Shown here in pieces: positions 1 through 12,880 of a stretch of 64,000 nt of DNA. Position 1 is the stretch's first letter. Each line of letters starts with the position of its first letter. The stretch spans positions 53,196,001 through 53,260,000 of the forward strand of contig OZ076415.1 of assembly GCA_964187785.1 (NCBI GenBank), in the 5' to 3' direction. Source of the stretch: Amphiscolops sp. MND2022. Its lineage: Eukaryota. The notes under the pieces are model-generated. The model made no database searches. It was not told the origin of the DNA and worked only from the letters and a program-made list of their open reading frames with translations. The position numbers and the translations under genes are program-made.

Positions 1-195
1 ACATCATGGCCAAATAAGGAATGTGTGCAGCGTCGCTGAACAAGGGAGTGAACACGTTCGAGCGTGTTCAAAATTCAGAGCTAAGCGAGAAAAAAATAAT
101 AAAGATAAAACTGCGCAAGTTACAAAAGACACAATTATATATTACAAGTTTTGGGTTTATTTCTTTTTGAGTTTTCACGGTAAGTTTCTTTCTTT

Positions 196-2630
196 TTATT
201 TGCCATCAGTCGCACACGACACTACCACGCGGAAATGAATGCTAAAAGGCAAAATTTTTTAGGATTAAGCAAGTTGGTGAAACTGCACTAAACATATTCC
301 GTTAACACGGAATACTTCACATGAATCATAGTTCAACCAAGCCATGCATTTTGACTAGTATCAAGACTGGAAAGCTACTCAGTAAATAAACTTCACTATG
401 CTTCCTGGGGCACTGACTTGAATGGTTATAACTTTAAACTACACGTATAATAGAAAAATAGAAAAATGTTAACATATTGAACCTTACCTTTCTTTCATTA
501 GAACATCTTCTACTACCTTTTCGATTGATTCGGAGTCGATGAACTAACAAAATAGCACATTGAATTTGCACGGGTGGAACTATCCGTTGACTCAAAATAA
601 GCCTCCTGGTATGCTGCCTGAGACATCCACTACTCAGCTGAATTTATTCAACTACTGTCAACGCTGATTGGTTGAAGTGTTATACAACTATGATTGATAA
701 AACTCTGAGCTGTCGCTGAGGCAACACTCCAAGTTAGCGTGCTTTTTGTTCTCTTTTAGTCAACACACTGACTGTTTGACTTAGTATTTGACTTCTTTAC
801 TTTACAATAATATCTTTTATGTTTACATATATATGTATATATTGTGCGTATTGGAAATATTATTACAAACCATTTACATATAATGTATACTTTAATTTAT
901 TATTGTTTTGATTATCTGTTCATTTTAGTTTAATTCCTGAACTTCTCCGTTTCTTTTCCTTGACACTTCCTTAATGTTGTTGTTTCCCTCGCAACTTTGT
1001 GAGTGTTTCGACAATGTTCTTACTATGAAGCATGATAACCACAGGATAATGATACTACGAAACATGCTCACCATGGTAGGTTCTTGGCATGATATGATGC
1101 AAAAGGACTTTCTTTGATAATTTTTTGGCACTGTAAAAGTTTCTAGATTCGCTTAAATAAAGCCCCTAAGACCTTTAGAAACATTTCGCGCTTTAAACCC
1201 GCAAGCGGGGTGCCGAAATGACACCTACCAGTGTTCTTCCGTGATACAGGAGATCAGTGCAATTGCGTTATCTCTAGATAATTACACTTCGTAAAGTTTG
1301 ATATCAAACTTTTATCAGGATTAAGGATCTTTAAAAAATGACATCCTTTTGTAAGGGGAATGCTGGCTCCACTGAAATTAAATCTGAAAGAAAATGAAGT
1401 TCTGAATATTGAATCAAGTATCTAAAATTCATTACATCTAGGCCAAACTTTCGAATGCACGACTTTGTTCTTCAACGAAGCATCTAATTGCAAGTTGCTG
1501 TCCCATTGTTTGATCACATTGTGGACCTGAAACCCACATTCCACCAATCACGAGTCATCAAAATGACATCTCTTTTGGATTTAGATTAAATCTAACTCGC
1601 TTTTTTAGTCAACCAGGGTGGATTTGACAACGAGTAGATGCTGTTCATGTAGCAATAGCCCAACGAAGGAGGAAGCACTCTGTAGATTTCTCTCATGAAT
1701 GCTGTCACGATGACGTCACAGGTGATGTGATTGCGTAATGAACCCTAGAATGCAAAAACCCATAATATGAGCTATAACTGTGTAAGAATACATGTAAATA
1801 AATATTCCTAGTACCGAATACTTGATAGTAAAGTATTAAGTCAAAACTCAATTTAGAAAACTAACCCTGTCATAACCCGGTGCTATTGAGACTTCTTTCC
1901 TGGAAAAAGGTGAACTATTAAAATTATACAACAGTGAAACCCTATCAGGCTGGGTGAAAAAAATCAGCCTTCATTCAATTTTCGCCTAATTACTTGTAAT
2001 AGTCTGTGTAATTCTGGATTACTATAAGAAGAACGAAAGGAGATGTTCTCCACTAGTGAGAAAAATGTCCCTTTTTAATAAGGCGAATTTTGCTGCAGAA
2101 ACTAGATTTGAAAAATTCGATACACACTTTAATGGGAAAACGAGGCTTTCTCTGCACCTTGTAAGAGAAATTCTGAGGAAACCACCTTTTTTGTAAAATA
2201 GGCTACTTGCCTTCTCATAACAGGTAGTTGTTGAAGTTAGGCATTGAAAAAATATCGCGTAATTTCCCGCTTAATTTTTGCATTTTCCCGTGTTATTTAA
2301 AAACGTCTGTCAATCCTGAATTTGATTGGTAAATGCACCTACAAACTTACACAGTCAAAGTTTGACTTGAGTTGTTGGCAACAAATACCGCGAAAGGGAC
2401 CAAAACCACCTCTTTGACCATTCCGTGGTAGGCACATTTGCTGAAGCTGTTCTCTGTGCATCTCAGCATTGACATCCACAACTGCGAGATGGAAAGAAAT
2501 AGCGGCCAGTTCCATTTCACATGAAACATTGTGCTTCCTAAAACAACCTTAGAATGAACATGAACAAGACTTTCTTCATGATCTCCGAAATGCTTACCGA
2601 AAGCCACTGTGAAAATCAATTGAAGTGAAT
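196..2630 (-). CDS. 3' exons of an unidentified multi-exon host gene; exons 2630-2598, 2537-2351, 1744-1601, 1526-1436, 1130-1072, 543-488, 241-196(stop)
   Basis: Six consecutive junctions are phase-compatible with pyrimidine-AG acceptors and GT donors (one GC donor at 1600). They give one open frame FTSIDFHSGFRKHNVSCEMELAAISF...FDCGSLRNHITCDVIVTAFMREIYRVLPP...IHFRVVVSCATDGK*. 5' end not located; product not recognised. Confidence 0.7.
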
Positions 2631-4199
2631 CTGATGCAGGAAAAAAGGTAAAAATTTGATATACATCGAATTATATTTTGTTAATATTGGTAACTATTCG
2701 TAACAAAGTTTTGTCCCCAAGATTTGAAGATCTAACCGTTTTGCCAATAATATCTAAAAATTTGAAAAATTGATTAGTTTTATAGAAAGAATCTACCTTT
2801 TCTAGAAGACCTTTCCAAAATTTTGCCATTAATTTCTGCATTACGTGATGTTAACTATGTTACGTGTTTTTACACTATGAGACTTGTTCCGAGTTTTTTA
2901 AAAATAAGACTTCTAAGAAGAAACTCACCAGTTTTCCTCGATGACGTAAAATTAGTGTTTGACTTCTGACATTTGTTTGGTTTAGCCTTCCGGAGCTAGG
3001 GTCGGGTCGACTTCTGACTTTGAGAACTTGTTCCAATCGTGAAACCTGAAAATCATAGAGTACTCCAATTTCGGTAAACGTCAAAAAAAGCGAAGCCTGA
3101 ATAACTGCATTCCTCTGAGTGAATTGCCATGAATAAACCTACACACTGATAATTCTGCACACTGATAAAACTTAATTGGTGAAATTTCTCAATTTGTGAA
3201 GTTTACAACATAGTATTGTGAAATACTGAAATAGCCTGTAATAACCTCTGTAAAAACCAAGGTAATTTAATTAAAAAAAACATGTTGCTGTAATCACTCG
3301 TCAGGCGTTTCATCGTTGCATCGAAAGTGATGAGATGTTATATATCATACATCAAGCTTAAAGTGAGCAAAAAATTTTTGAGCAATACATTGATTGACCA
3401 TTTGGTGTATGGGGCAACGATCCCTCCCTCTAGATGTTCGACAGAAATCAAATTCTGAATTTATATGTCTAATAAGAAAACTGATCATTGTTTATTCCAA
3501 GTTTAAAAACATCAGAATAATATGTGGCGCAAAACTCTGACTGAACTACAGCAAAGTCAACTAACAGTTACTCCAGAGTTACACCCGGAAGTAAAATACC
3601 GGCGATATCACTACAAAGGAGAAGTATATCATTCAAAACACATTGATAGGCACCTTTAAAAGGAAATACAGAAACTGAGATATCTAGGAAGAACATGAGG
3701 AGAGATATAAAGATAGTGTTAATTCAACCACGTCATTCTGGAGAAACAGAAGAACTAGAGTGCTTTTCTTGCCAAAAGAACACAAACCACGTATGAAGGC
3801 TGCTTCAAAATGAGAAGAAATGTAAGAACAGTAACAAAGAGAATTCGTCGGACAACACCAGTCTAAACATATGAGTCACCAATTTTCAGCGACAGCCCGT
3901 GTGTCTCTACTGATGAAAAGAAAAGCTAAGGCATTACTGATGTTCGGCATCTCGTTCTTCACGGAAAAAACACAAAGCTTTCAAATAGCATTTCAAGTAG
4001 GAATAGTGTCAAATTGTGACGCTTTGAGCATCAACGAACAAACAGTTTAGGAACATTAGGAATACTGGACATCACCAAATCGATAGGACCTGATAGTTCG
4101 CCATCTCGAGTTCTTAATGATCCACCAGCAAACTGCTAATTAGACAAACTTTATAGAGTCTCTCGGGAAAAAGTGAGAATTTCTTGTAAACTAATTTTT

Positions 4200-4745
4200 T
4201 AAAACGAAAAATTCAAAGAAAAAGCGTCGAAACACCCAATGGTGTCTTTCTGTGCTCGAAAAACGCTTCAGAAGTTTGAATATAGCATGCTGGGACAAAT
4301 GGGACCCTTCAGTCTCGTCCGGTATTGCAAATGCACAAAAAGTTTCTGGCTGAATTAGGGGCTCGAACCACTGGGTTCCCACTAAATCGATTAAAGTCTG
4401 TACTAAAAGTGTTACATACAGGGTGCCCTCTGTGGTCTTTGGAGACATAAAAAATTTGAAAAAGTCTCACCAAGGCCAAATGCGGGAAGGCCATCACCAA
4501 GATGCGGGAAAAGTCTCACAGTGGCGAAAATATGGACAGGGGGACCATTCAACTGTGGAATGGTTTTATTTTTCATGTTAGAGGCTTTGGATGCGTCCAA
4601 CATCAAGTACTAAGTACTTATGGTAAAAATGCACAGTCCACTGGTAAAGTGGTACAAAAGTGGACCATTCAGAGTGAGATTTACCAAAAATCTAGTCACT
4701 GTAATAGTCGGGCTCTTTGCCTTGAAATAAAAGCGTCGACTAACA
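4200..4745 (+). repeat. Copy of dispersed non-autonomous repeat family (also 9730-10260, 57730-58488)
   Basis: Shares AAGTGGACCATTCAGAGTGAGATT, CACTGTAATAGTCGGGCT and GCGTCGACTAA with the 10160-10260 segment. Confidence 0.6.
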
Positions 4746-4822
4746 AGACTTGAAGTGTTCGAAACAACTTTACGGTTGTGTTAAATGTGGAACATAAAAA
4801 TCAAAAGGCACATCTTTGGCTA

Positions 4823-6135
4823 CTCGGGTTTCCCTCCCATACAAAAACAGGTTTATCATACTATGGACCATAAACGTTTATGGTTCTAGACTGACCATAC
4901 ACTGGACAAAATATGGTCCAGAGTATGGTCAGCCAGGAAGCATAAACCTTTATAATCTAGAGTATGGTCAGCCTGTAAAAAATAAATAGAAAATTAGGAT
5001 AATGTAGTCAATTAACGCATACAATGATGAAATTACTGATATTCCTCACCCAAAAGGCCAATACAATCATTAAACTGAAAACAATTTGCAATCATCTGTT
5101 TTTGGCAGCTTTCGCTGAGTTCTTGGTTATTGTTCTCGAAGAAATGAAACATCACACTAAAAAGTGGGTACTGCTGTACCAAAAGAGTTAGTTATTAAAT
5201 AGGGCGTGGCTGAGAACAAATTGAGTGACTATAATTTGTTTTTAACTCCGCTGAGAGTTTACCGGAGTTCTGACCTCCAATGGATTGTTCGCAGATACAA
5301 AAGGTCGAATATGACTCTATTGCCTTTAGCCTATAAAGCGGGCGCTTGTAAATATTTGAACTCAGCCTATAAAGTCGGCGGCTCTCAATATTTGAGCGTT
5401 TTTGTTCATATTGCATATCACGTCAGCCCGCGTTTGGAACAAAATTTTATGATTTCAGTTTGAACATAGTCTGGGCCGTTTTTGATTCCAGACTGGATCA
5501 TTTATAGTTTCAGGCTGAGCCATAGAGTTTTATGGTTCCAGGTTGACCATACTCTGAATCATATATGATTCCAGATTGACCATGATTAGATCATAGAAAA
5601 AAATTGTATGATTTGTATGGTACCATACATGATCAGAGTCATGGCTGTCAAAAATATGCGGGTTTTTTCCACAAAATATGCAACTTTACGTTATTTAATA
5701 TCGTGAAAAATATGCAAATTCATGTTTTCCAAAATTACTGACATCATGACATTTCTGGTTAGAAATAAAGTTAGTATGGTTTGAAAATGTGCCCATTCAT
5801 CTGATCGAGCTCAAAAACAACTGAAAAAAGTGTTTTTGTTGGCTAGCTTGCATTAGGTGATAAAATGAGGGGTACAAAATTAGCTGTAGCGATAACAAAG
5901 AGTTTATCCAACATAAAACTTTCAAGCGCATTTTTCTCAAAAATTAGAGTCAACTCTTGAGAAAAACGCAGTTAAATCTTCAATTTTAGGTATCAACATT
6001 TAGATTTCTCGGGAATATGCAGCTGAATATGCGGAACATCAAAAGCTAAAAATATGCGGGAATATGCAAAAACACGTCCGGTATATTCCTGACAGCCATG
6101 ATTAGAGTATGATAAACTTTGCCGGGAAACCCGGG
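4823..6135. mobile_element. TA-flanked TIR element (MITE-like) with internal short inverted repeats
   Basis: Left TA|CTCGGGTTTCCC...GGTTTATCATACT (4821-4862); right AGTATGATAAAC...GGGAAACCCGGG|TA (6106-6137). ATGGTCCAGAGTATGGTCAG-type motifs recur in both orientations near both ends. Confidence 0.7.
5640..6100. mobile_element. 461-bp MITE with 8-bp TSD (hAT-type), nested in the 4823-6135 element
   Basis: TIR CATGGCTGTCAAAAATATGCGG / CCGGTATATTCCTGACAGCCATG; flanks ATCAGAGT (5632-5639) and ATTAGAGT (6101-6108); internal AATATGC repeats. Confidence 0.75.
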
Positions 6136-6258
6136 TACTGGAAATGCAATCAAATCATCAGGTCAGCAATTTGGTTTCTTTCCTTGTTGCTTGAATATTT
6201 CAAACCCTCAGAACACACCTGACTTCTGAGTTGAATGGAGATATAGAAAATGACGCTT

Positions 6259-6678
6259 TTAAAATGACTTGCAGAAGACATTTGGTGGTGTCATACACAA
6301 ACGACTCCTCTGATTACAAACGTTGGAACCAAGGTTAAAAGCACCAATTTGGATAGCTGCAACTTTCGCCGGAGATGTTTTCAATAATAGCAACTCACAG
6401 TGTTCAAACAAATTCAGTGGAGTCCAAAGAGAATCGACTATGGGTCCAAGTTTTCGGTTTTGTTCATAGGTTCTGTAACGGGAACCTTTGGTACAGCGAT
6501 TTTCCAACTTTGACATGTTCAGAAATTTTGTCAAAAATTCTATTTCGCTTTGTGACGTGGCACTGACCATGTGATTGCTCTTTTCATTGTTTTCGCCATT
6601 TCCAATGCAAGACGAGGACCGAGCAAGACCGAGCGAGCCGACCGAACGGGAATACGAAGTGTAGAAGCCCATGCGCAT
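6259..6678 (-). CDS. 139-aa ORF, possible 5' coding exon of a host gene
   Basis: Long ATG-initiated ORF for AT-rich DNA in a GC-richer patch; no recognisable domain. Confidence 0.3.
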   Translation of the reverse strand: MRMGFYTSYSRSVGSLGLARSSSCIGNGENNEKSNHMVSATSQSEIEFLTKFLNMSKLENRCTKGSRYRTYEQNRKLGPIVDSLWTPLNLFEHCELLLLKTSPAKVAAIQIGAFNLGSNVCNQRSRLCMTPPNVFCKSF

Positions 6679-7060
6679 AGAAAACTCATAAATAGACTCT
6701 TTTTGAGGTGCTAATCCCGGTTTTTACCGATTTTCAGCATTATGCTACCCAAAGTAGCAAGAACCGGAAAAATGCGTCTTTTCGCTTAATTATCCCTTTT
6801 TGGTGCTCGGAGTCCCTGCGCCCCAGCTTTTAGTTGTGTGGTTTGCCATATTCATGCCTATTTTGATGTTTTTAACTGGTTTTAGCTAGCTCGAGCGCTA
6901 GTTTCCGCAGTTTAGGTCTTAGTACCCATTTTAGACATTATTACCCATGTCACGCTGGAATTGGAAATTTACCTTGTTCTTGGCATTGTTTTTATAAGCT
7001 AGTTAAGCAGTGGTCTTCAGAGAGTCAGATAGATGCCCGTTACTATTAGCAATCAAAGAC

Positions 7061-7934
7061 TAGGACCGGTTGGACAGTATTCGTCGAAGCACCCACGGCC
7101 TCTGGACGTATTTCACCCCTGGAGGCAATATGGATCTGTGGCGATGGGCGCCTGTCCCGAGCGATTCACCCATTCCTGCAGGTTCCTCCACCTCTGTTAA
7201 CGCGTTAAGCGACCGATAACAGCTTGCCGTTACATTCTTTGCAGGAAGTGTTTCTTCGAAAATGTTCGCACCTCTTTTATGCAGAGCAAGCATCGAAACT
7301 AACTGATGAAGCACATCCAGAAACGGAAAAACAATTAGAGAAAAAAAACAAACAGGGTCATCCAATGCGTTTCTCGAAAGTGCTATCAAGGTAGGGTAGG
7401 GAATCTGTAACAGCCCACCCTTGCCTATAAAAGACGTCGCGCCATAGTAATTTAGACATGAAATCATGAACGAAGAAAATGACGAATTGGTACCAAGGGA
7501 ATCTCTGTTCCAAACTATCCGAGATCCTAGAAGAAACATCGAACAACTGCACTTTTTAATAGTCACTTAGTCGCCCAATACCAATACTTCTAGGCAAACT
7601 GTCTTGGTGATATAGACTGTATAATGCCTCTCAACACTTCAACTATAAAAATTTGAGTATAAAACATGCCTCGGATATGTTCCCATTTCCTATGATGCCC
7701 CGCAGCCTCTTGGGTCCGCTTATTCACCCAATTTGGCATGATTTAAAACAGGCTGGGTAAGTATGAAGAACTGAATTGAAAATAATTAGTTACGATCAGG
7801 CTTGGTTGATGTTTTTGCAGAAGCAATTGATGGTAGAAAAGTTCAGCATCGAGTTAATATAGTACCGAGACCTGTGCGTCAACAAAAATCTGCGGGATCA
7901 AGCAACGGATGTCGTATCACAGAAGCAGAAACGT
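7061..7934 (+). CDS. Candidate short-intron exons of an unidentified gene or pseudogene
   Basis: Exon 7245-7390 (TTTGCAG acceptor, GTAGGG donor, EVFLRKCSHLFYAEQ...) joins in phase to an exon at 7456 (HEIMNEENDELVPRESLFQTIRD). Further GTAAGT/GTGAGT donors lie near 7758 and 7934 but could not all be joined in frame. Confidence 0.3.
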
Positions 7935-8039
7935 GAGTGAGAGTCATCAATATTTGGTGTACCATATCATCTAGCAGGTAATTGAACTTTTAGGGTCTCC
8001 GCTCAACATACAACAAATCGAGCGTTTCGAAGCAAACTG

Positions 8040-8570
8040 CAAACCTTGATACCCCCGCATTATTGACAGCCGAGCAAGATGATGTTTCTTCTTCAAATCA
8101 AACAGTTCCTTCGTGTAAAGGTCAGATCGATCGACTAGTCCTTTATTATCTCCCGAACATCCGTATTGAAAGTGTTTCGTCTTAGCGCTGTCATCATCAT
8201 TGCGTGATAGACTGCCCGTGAACGAAATCGCATGCACTGATTCCGCAGGGGTATCCAGAATCCCCGCAAACGCGGCGCTTCCTTGAGAGCTTCGCTCAAG
8301 GCTCTGACTTCTGTCTCGGTGGTTGATGTGCTAAAGACGTCTGTCGCCTAGTAGCAATTAAAATTGCCCCACTGACGACGGTAAAAACAGATGCTTCGTC
8401 TATTGTCCTTGCCGCTGGGAAAGTCAGAGTCTGTGTACTCGTTGAGGCTTATTTCGTCGCACTTCGCGAGGTCGAACAAAAGCAAAGCTCGAGCAGCAAC
8501 GTAGATCGCGACGCGATTGTAGTGAGAGATCGTCCTCGCTTCGCAGAGGTCATGTCGAGAGTGCATAAAC
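8040..8570 (-). mobile_element. Ty1/copia RT-RNase H remnant
   Basis: Minus-strand peptides YTDSDFPSGKDNRRSI, QTSLA/STTETEVRALSEALKEA and KTKHF match copia RNase H motifs. A GCGGGGGTA PPT-like tract follows (about 8050-8058). Confidence 0.75.
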
Positions 8571-8619
8571 CGCAAGTGTTCTACAATAGATGATATAGTA
8601 CTTCAAAATTTCCAAGACA

Positions 8620-8945
8620 TTTACGAATGGTTTTTGGTAAATGGTCACTTGGCTTAAGGTAATTTGGCTGAAAGTCATCTGGCTTAAAGTAACTTGGTCC
8701 AAAATTAGTTGGCTTTATACATTTGGTCACTTGTCTTAATTTCAAGTGAATGGCCACTTGGCCTAATACCATTTGGCTAAAAAGCCCTAAGTTAAAAACG
8801 CGTGGCAAATATTGTCGAAGTTAATTCAACGCAGTCAGCTTTGTTTACATACCCCTAAAGCCTTAAATGCAGGGGTGAAGCGGAGCGCCATGTGCCATAT
8901 GCCATTTCCTCAATGTTGCTACTTGTCAACGAAGGAAGCGAAGCA
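8620..8945. repeat. MITE-like remnant: degenerate ~20-bp ACTTGGC repeats plus a segment shared with 37000-37100
   Basis: 8845-8945 matches the reverse complement of 37000-37100 (GCAGGxGxGAAGCGGAGCG...GTGCCATATG...CCTCAATGTTGCTACTTG). Confidence 0.55.
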
Positions 8946-9729
8946 ATTGAGCCATACAACAATTTTCCTAAACATTTCGTAACATTTTTTGTTTCTCGAA
9001 TGTTTCGTCAAAATTCAATTCAGTTTTAGTCTTTAATAAGTTGTTTTCAGCAATTGCTTGAGTTAGAATGGGTTTGGTTTAAATGTAATATCAAAAATTT
9101 CAGGTCAAATTACTGGAGCAAAAAATTAGGCCAAAGGACTTTAAGCGAAATGACTTGAAACCTGGTTTTCCAATAAAATTTTGTTAATCGTTTTGGAATC
9201 ACATTGCCTATTTTTTAAGCCAAGTGTCTCAGTTTTGAAGAAATAACATGGTTTCGATGTGTCTTGTAACCGGAGTAATCGTGACTTTTCATACATAGTG
9301 GTCTTGTCAGTAGAAACAAGCAATTTATGCTGGATTTGTTTACGGTTTTGTTATTAGTTACTTTAATTGGCAAAAACTCCCTGATGAGTTTTTCGAGGCG
9401 ATGGGTTGTTATCAAGCAATCAGTACCCGAAAGTTTTTATTCACCCGAAAATGAATCAATCTCCAAGATCAAGCTTCCGTGTCATGCTAGTCCGGTCCAA
9501 TTTCGCGCAATTGTTTGTTCAAGTTTATGAAAACTTCTCCATTTGGCATTGACATACAAAAACAATTCTTTCTGAAATTCATATTCTAGAATTAGATCCT
9601 GATTTGTCAGAAGTTTCAGGTGGTTGCTATAATTTTGCTGTATCGGTGCTGATTTGCATACAAAAATTTTCTGCTGAAATTTTTTTCTTGTATATTCCTT
9701 TCAATATCACGCCATTTCACCTAGATTTG

Positions 9730-10260
9730 AACAAGTCGGGATCGTCTCAAGTCGGCGCTATATCTAAGGCTCAAAAATATTCAAGGAACAACTATTGGAA
9801 ACATTTGGAAAAATTTTTTTTTCAAAAAAATTTTTTTGAAATTTTTTTTTCGAAAAAAAGTATTTTTTAAAAAAGTCGCACAATGCTGAAAAACCAAAAA
9901 GAGGCCATTCAGGCTCATTAAACGTTTTTACAAACCGAAAACTTCAAAAAAATGCAAGAGGGTACCCTTTGATAGAATCCGAAAATTTTCGAAAAAAGTC
10001 GCATAGTGCCGAAAAAAACCAAACGAAAAAAATCAAATGAAAAACCTTTGGTCTCGCATCTACTTTTGGAAGCATAAAAAAATTTGTGGTTTAGTGCGAG
10101 AATCGAACCCAGGATCGGTTTCTCAGAAAATTAGTTGAACAAATGAACAAAGATTGTAAGAAAAGTGGACCATTCAGAGTGAGATTGTAGGCTGAAAAAG
10201 AAAAAAACTACCCACTGTAATAGTCGGGCTTTTTTCCTTAAGGGAAAAGGCGCCGACTAA
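9730..10260 (+). mobile_element. Non-autonomous element with subterminal inverted repeats (HINE/DINE-1-like)
   Basis: Starts AACAAGTCGGGA...CAAGTCGGCGC (9730-9758), ends GCGCCGACTAA (10250-10260); same architecture at 57730-58488 on the minus strand. Confidence 0.6.
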
Positions 10261-12089
10261 AAAACGAGCTAATTCACGCTTTTTGTGACACATTGAATTT
10301 TGATTGCCAAAATTTCACGCGTTTACACGATTTCACAGCGGAGCCTACACTCAACACGGTATTTATGAGAAATCCAAAACCGAGAATGAACGAGATTCTG
10401 ACAAGGCAAACTTTTGTCCACCTTTCGCAAATTTAACAATCACGAACTTGTGAACTCAAGTTTGCAACCTGGAGGAATCGGTTCCTTTGCTCCAGAAGAG
10501 TAATGGTATTTACCAAATTCTGTATCCACGTTTTTATGAAGCTTATATCCGTCAAACGGTACATCTCTCAATTGGGGTCAAGGAAACGCTACAATCTAAC
10601 AACCACGTGTCCGTCATTACAATGAAAGACGTCATTACTATGTGAAAATTATGTATTCCCCTGGTCCTTGAAGAACTCGCGTTGCAGTAGGAGGGACACT
10701 CTGCAATATGTGTTCTAATTCCAACAACACTACCCGCTCTGAATACTTTCCTGTCTGATAACTTGCTGTCGTAGTGCTAAACTCGATCTTCATCGCTTTT
10801 TTCTGATGTACTTCTGACACTGATGTTTAAAATTCGATTTATGACGCCCTTTTACTAATAACTTATCTAGACAATCGAAAGCTTTTACATTATACGTATT
10901 TGATCTTGTTTGTTGTGATAAACTTAATGAAGAGAAATATTCATTAGGTTTATCACGTGTTGTTTCAGAATAAATGTTTTACTATTGGATATGCATACCA
11001 TTGCTGCTAGCAGTCTCAGTCGAAATGCGGACTGAGCAGAAAAACAATATCAATCACCGGAGACATTTAACAGCAGTTTCCATGGCTTTGTCTCAACCCA
11101 CATCTTTATATCGAAAACAGCAATTGTAATTTCTACTGGACAACGACCAAACAATGAAAAACAAATTTGATTTTATTTATAACTTGGCACGACATTATCA
11201 GCAACACCATATCCTGATTTCCCAACCTATGAAACAATCCACGAAATGATTTCCCACATCGCAGATTCCGCAGAACTTTGCTGTTATTTGCTCCTTCAAA
11301 CCACGTGTTCGCGCAATTCTGCACTGCCAGCAACACACAGCGATCAGTTTATGTCACAATCAACTGGAAACTGTTTTTCAAATTATCGACGTCGACGAAA
11401 AACTTTTATCCCACTGCAAGAAAACCGATACTATCGTACGAACTAACGTCGGCAAAGTTCATTTGAACCTTTATCTGGGTAAACAGTTCATATCTATCAC
11501 TTTTGGCAACTATCCAGATCTAGAGACTTCCAGATCTGTCAGAAAGATGGGAATGAAAATAACATCTCACAACTGAATTAACACAAATTCTTCTTGATCT
11601 CAGTGGCTCTCGTAGAGTGAGAAGTTGAGTAACGATCATTGCAGATCAAAAAATGTAGTTTATGTACGGGAGCTTTGGTAATGAAGCAAGGATTCTTGTG
11701 CCCTCTTTAACGTTTTGTCCAAGTCCAAGTGGACTTCTTCCATCAGCCAAATTTATAATCATGAAGTGTCGCGATCGAATGATGGAAACCATATGAGCTG
11801 GCGCCTGCAACGAAAATGATATTTCGACTGATCTATCGAAGGGCATGCAAGCGCTGTCATTTACTTCGTCTTGCTCGGAGCCTAGTAGTCCCTATGATCA
11901 AGAAACTTGAATCACTGGACGAAAAAATTTATCGAAGATTTAATGAAATCTGCGAGGGCGCTGTCATTTGGAGGAATATCTTTTCGATCTACATGATATT
12001 GCAGGGAAAAAATTCGTTCAAGAAGTTGAATGAATCTTTCTACTATTTCTCATCAACTATTCCCTTCACCACAAATCGCTGAACATAGT

Positions 12090-12451
12090 CCACGTCCGCT
12101 GCATGTTAAAGTAGGAAAACCTTTCAAAAATACCAATGCGAAAGGTTATTAGAGAAGTGACTGAAGCGGTGGGTTGACGGCGGAGTTGAATTGATACACA
12201 AGGAATTGACGGCAGTCCAAAAAGGCTTGCATGGATCTAAAACGTTTGCCAAATCGCAATAAACCATTCGCCCAACTAGTTCTCGAAAAGAGATTTCTCA
12301 CAAAAATGAATGCCATGATCAAGTGGAACCCGAAGGTGTCTGCAGCCCAATGAAAATTTTCAAGAGTAGTTTTTAAAGAGTAGTTTTCAAGAGTCGTAGT
12401 ACACCCACAGTGTAGCAAAGTAAAAACATCATAAAAGAAGCGGATCACCAC
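12090..12451 (-). pseudogene. Degenerate class-A GPCR TM6-TM7 fragment
   Basis: LVYQFNSAVNPPLQSLL**PFR resembles the TM7 NSxxNPxxY and helix-8 FR motif; hydrophobic stretch upstream; in-frame stops. Confidence 0.4.
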
Positions 12452-12639
12452 CAGAAATTATAACTGTTGACTGGAATCCATAAACCACTCTGACGTATAT
12501 CACAATGCAATGCAGACACGATGATTGAGAGCACCTATCGGTTTAGATGCTGCAGTTTTCTGACGGATGGTTTGCTCGACCAAATTCGAACAAGGTAGTG
12601 AAAGTTTTTGCATCATATTGTCCAAGATTGCCAGCTAAA

Positions 12640-12880
12640 CACGTTGTGAAAAATGTGACAGTGGCAATCGAGACCTGCATCCAGAATTATTGCGTTGGAT
12701 ACGGATCGGCAATGCGCTATCAGACCGATTGGCACTGGAGTCTTAAGAAGAGTCATCGGTAAGACTGTGTCAAGCCTCTGGAAAACGGATGAGTGCCAAA
12801 CAGTTGACGGCCGTCAACCCTGCGGTAGACACCAAGGCTATATCGAAACTGTTATCCACGCGGAAAAAACTCTCCCTCAA
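12640..12880 (+). mobile_element. CRE-clade non-LTR RT fragment
   Basis: AIRPIGTGVLRRVIGKTV...QPCGRHQGYIETVIHA parallels VRQIGVGEVIRRIIG...QLCLRSKCGIEHAIHS in the CRE element at 23810-23955. Confidence 0.65.

Noticed and set aside
2929-3045. 117-nt phase-0 exon-like block (TTTTCAG...GTGAGT) as the next upstream exon of the minus gene
   Set aside because: Joining to exon 2630 or 2537 in phase 0 gives immediate stops; it would need an unseen exon.
7060-7566. 168-aa minus ORF as a gene
   Set aside because: No motif; likely the antisense shadow of plus-strand exons.
10085-10112. tRNA-like GGTTTAGTGCGAGAATCGAACCC
   Set aside because: Too short for a cloverleaf; internal module of the repeat family.
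10340-10830. Protein-like minus frames (FDGYKLHKNVDTEFGKYHYSSG...)
   Set aside because: Interrupted by stops, no recognisable family; too weak to call.
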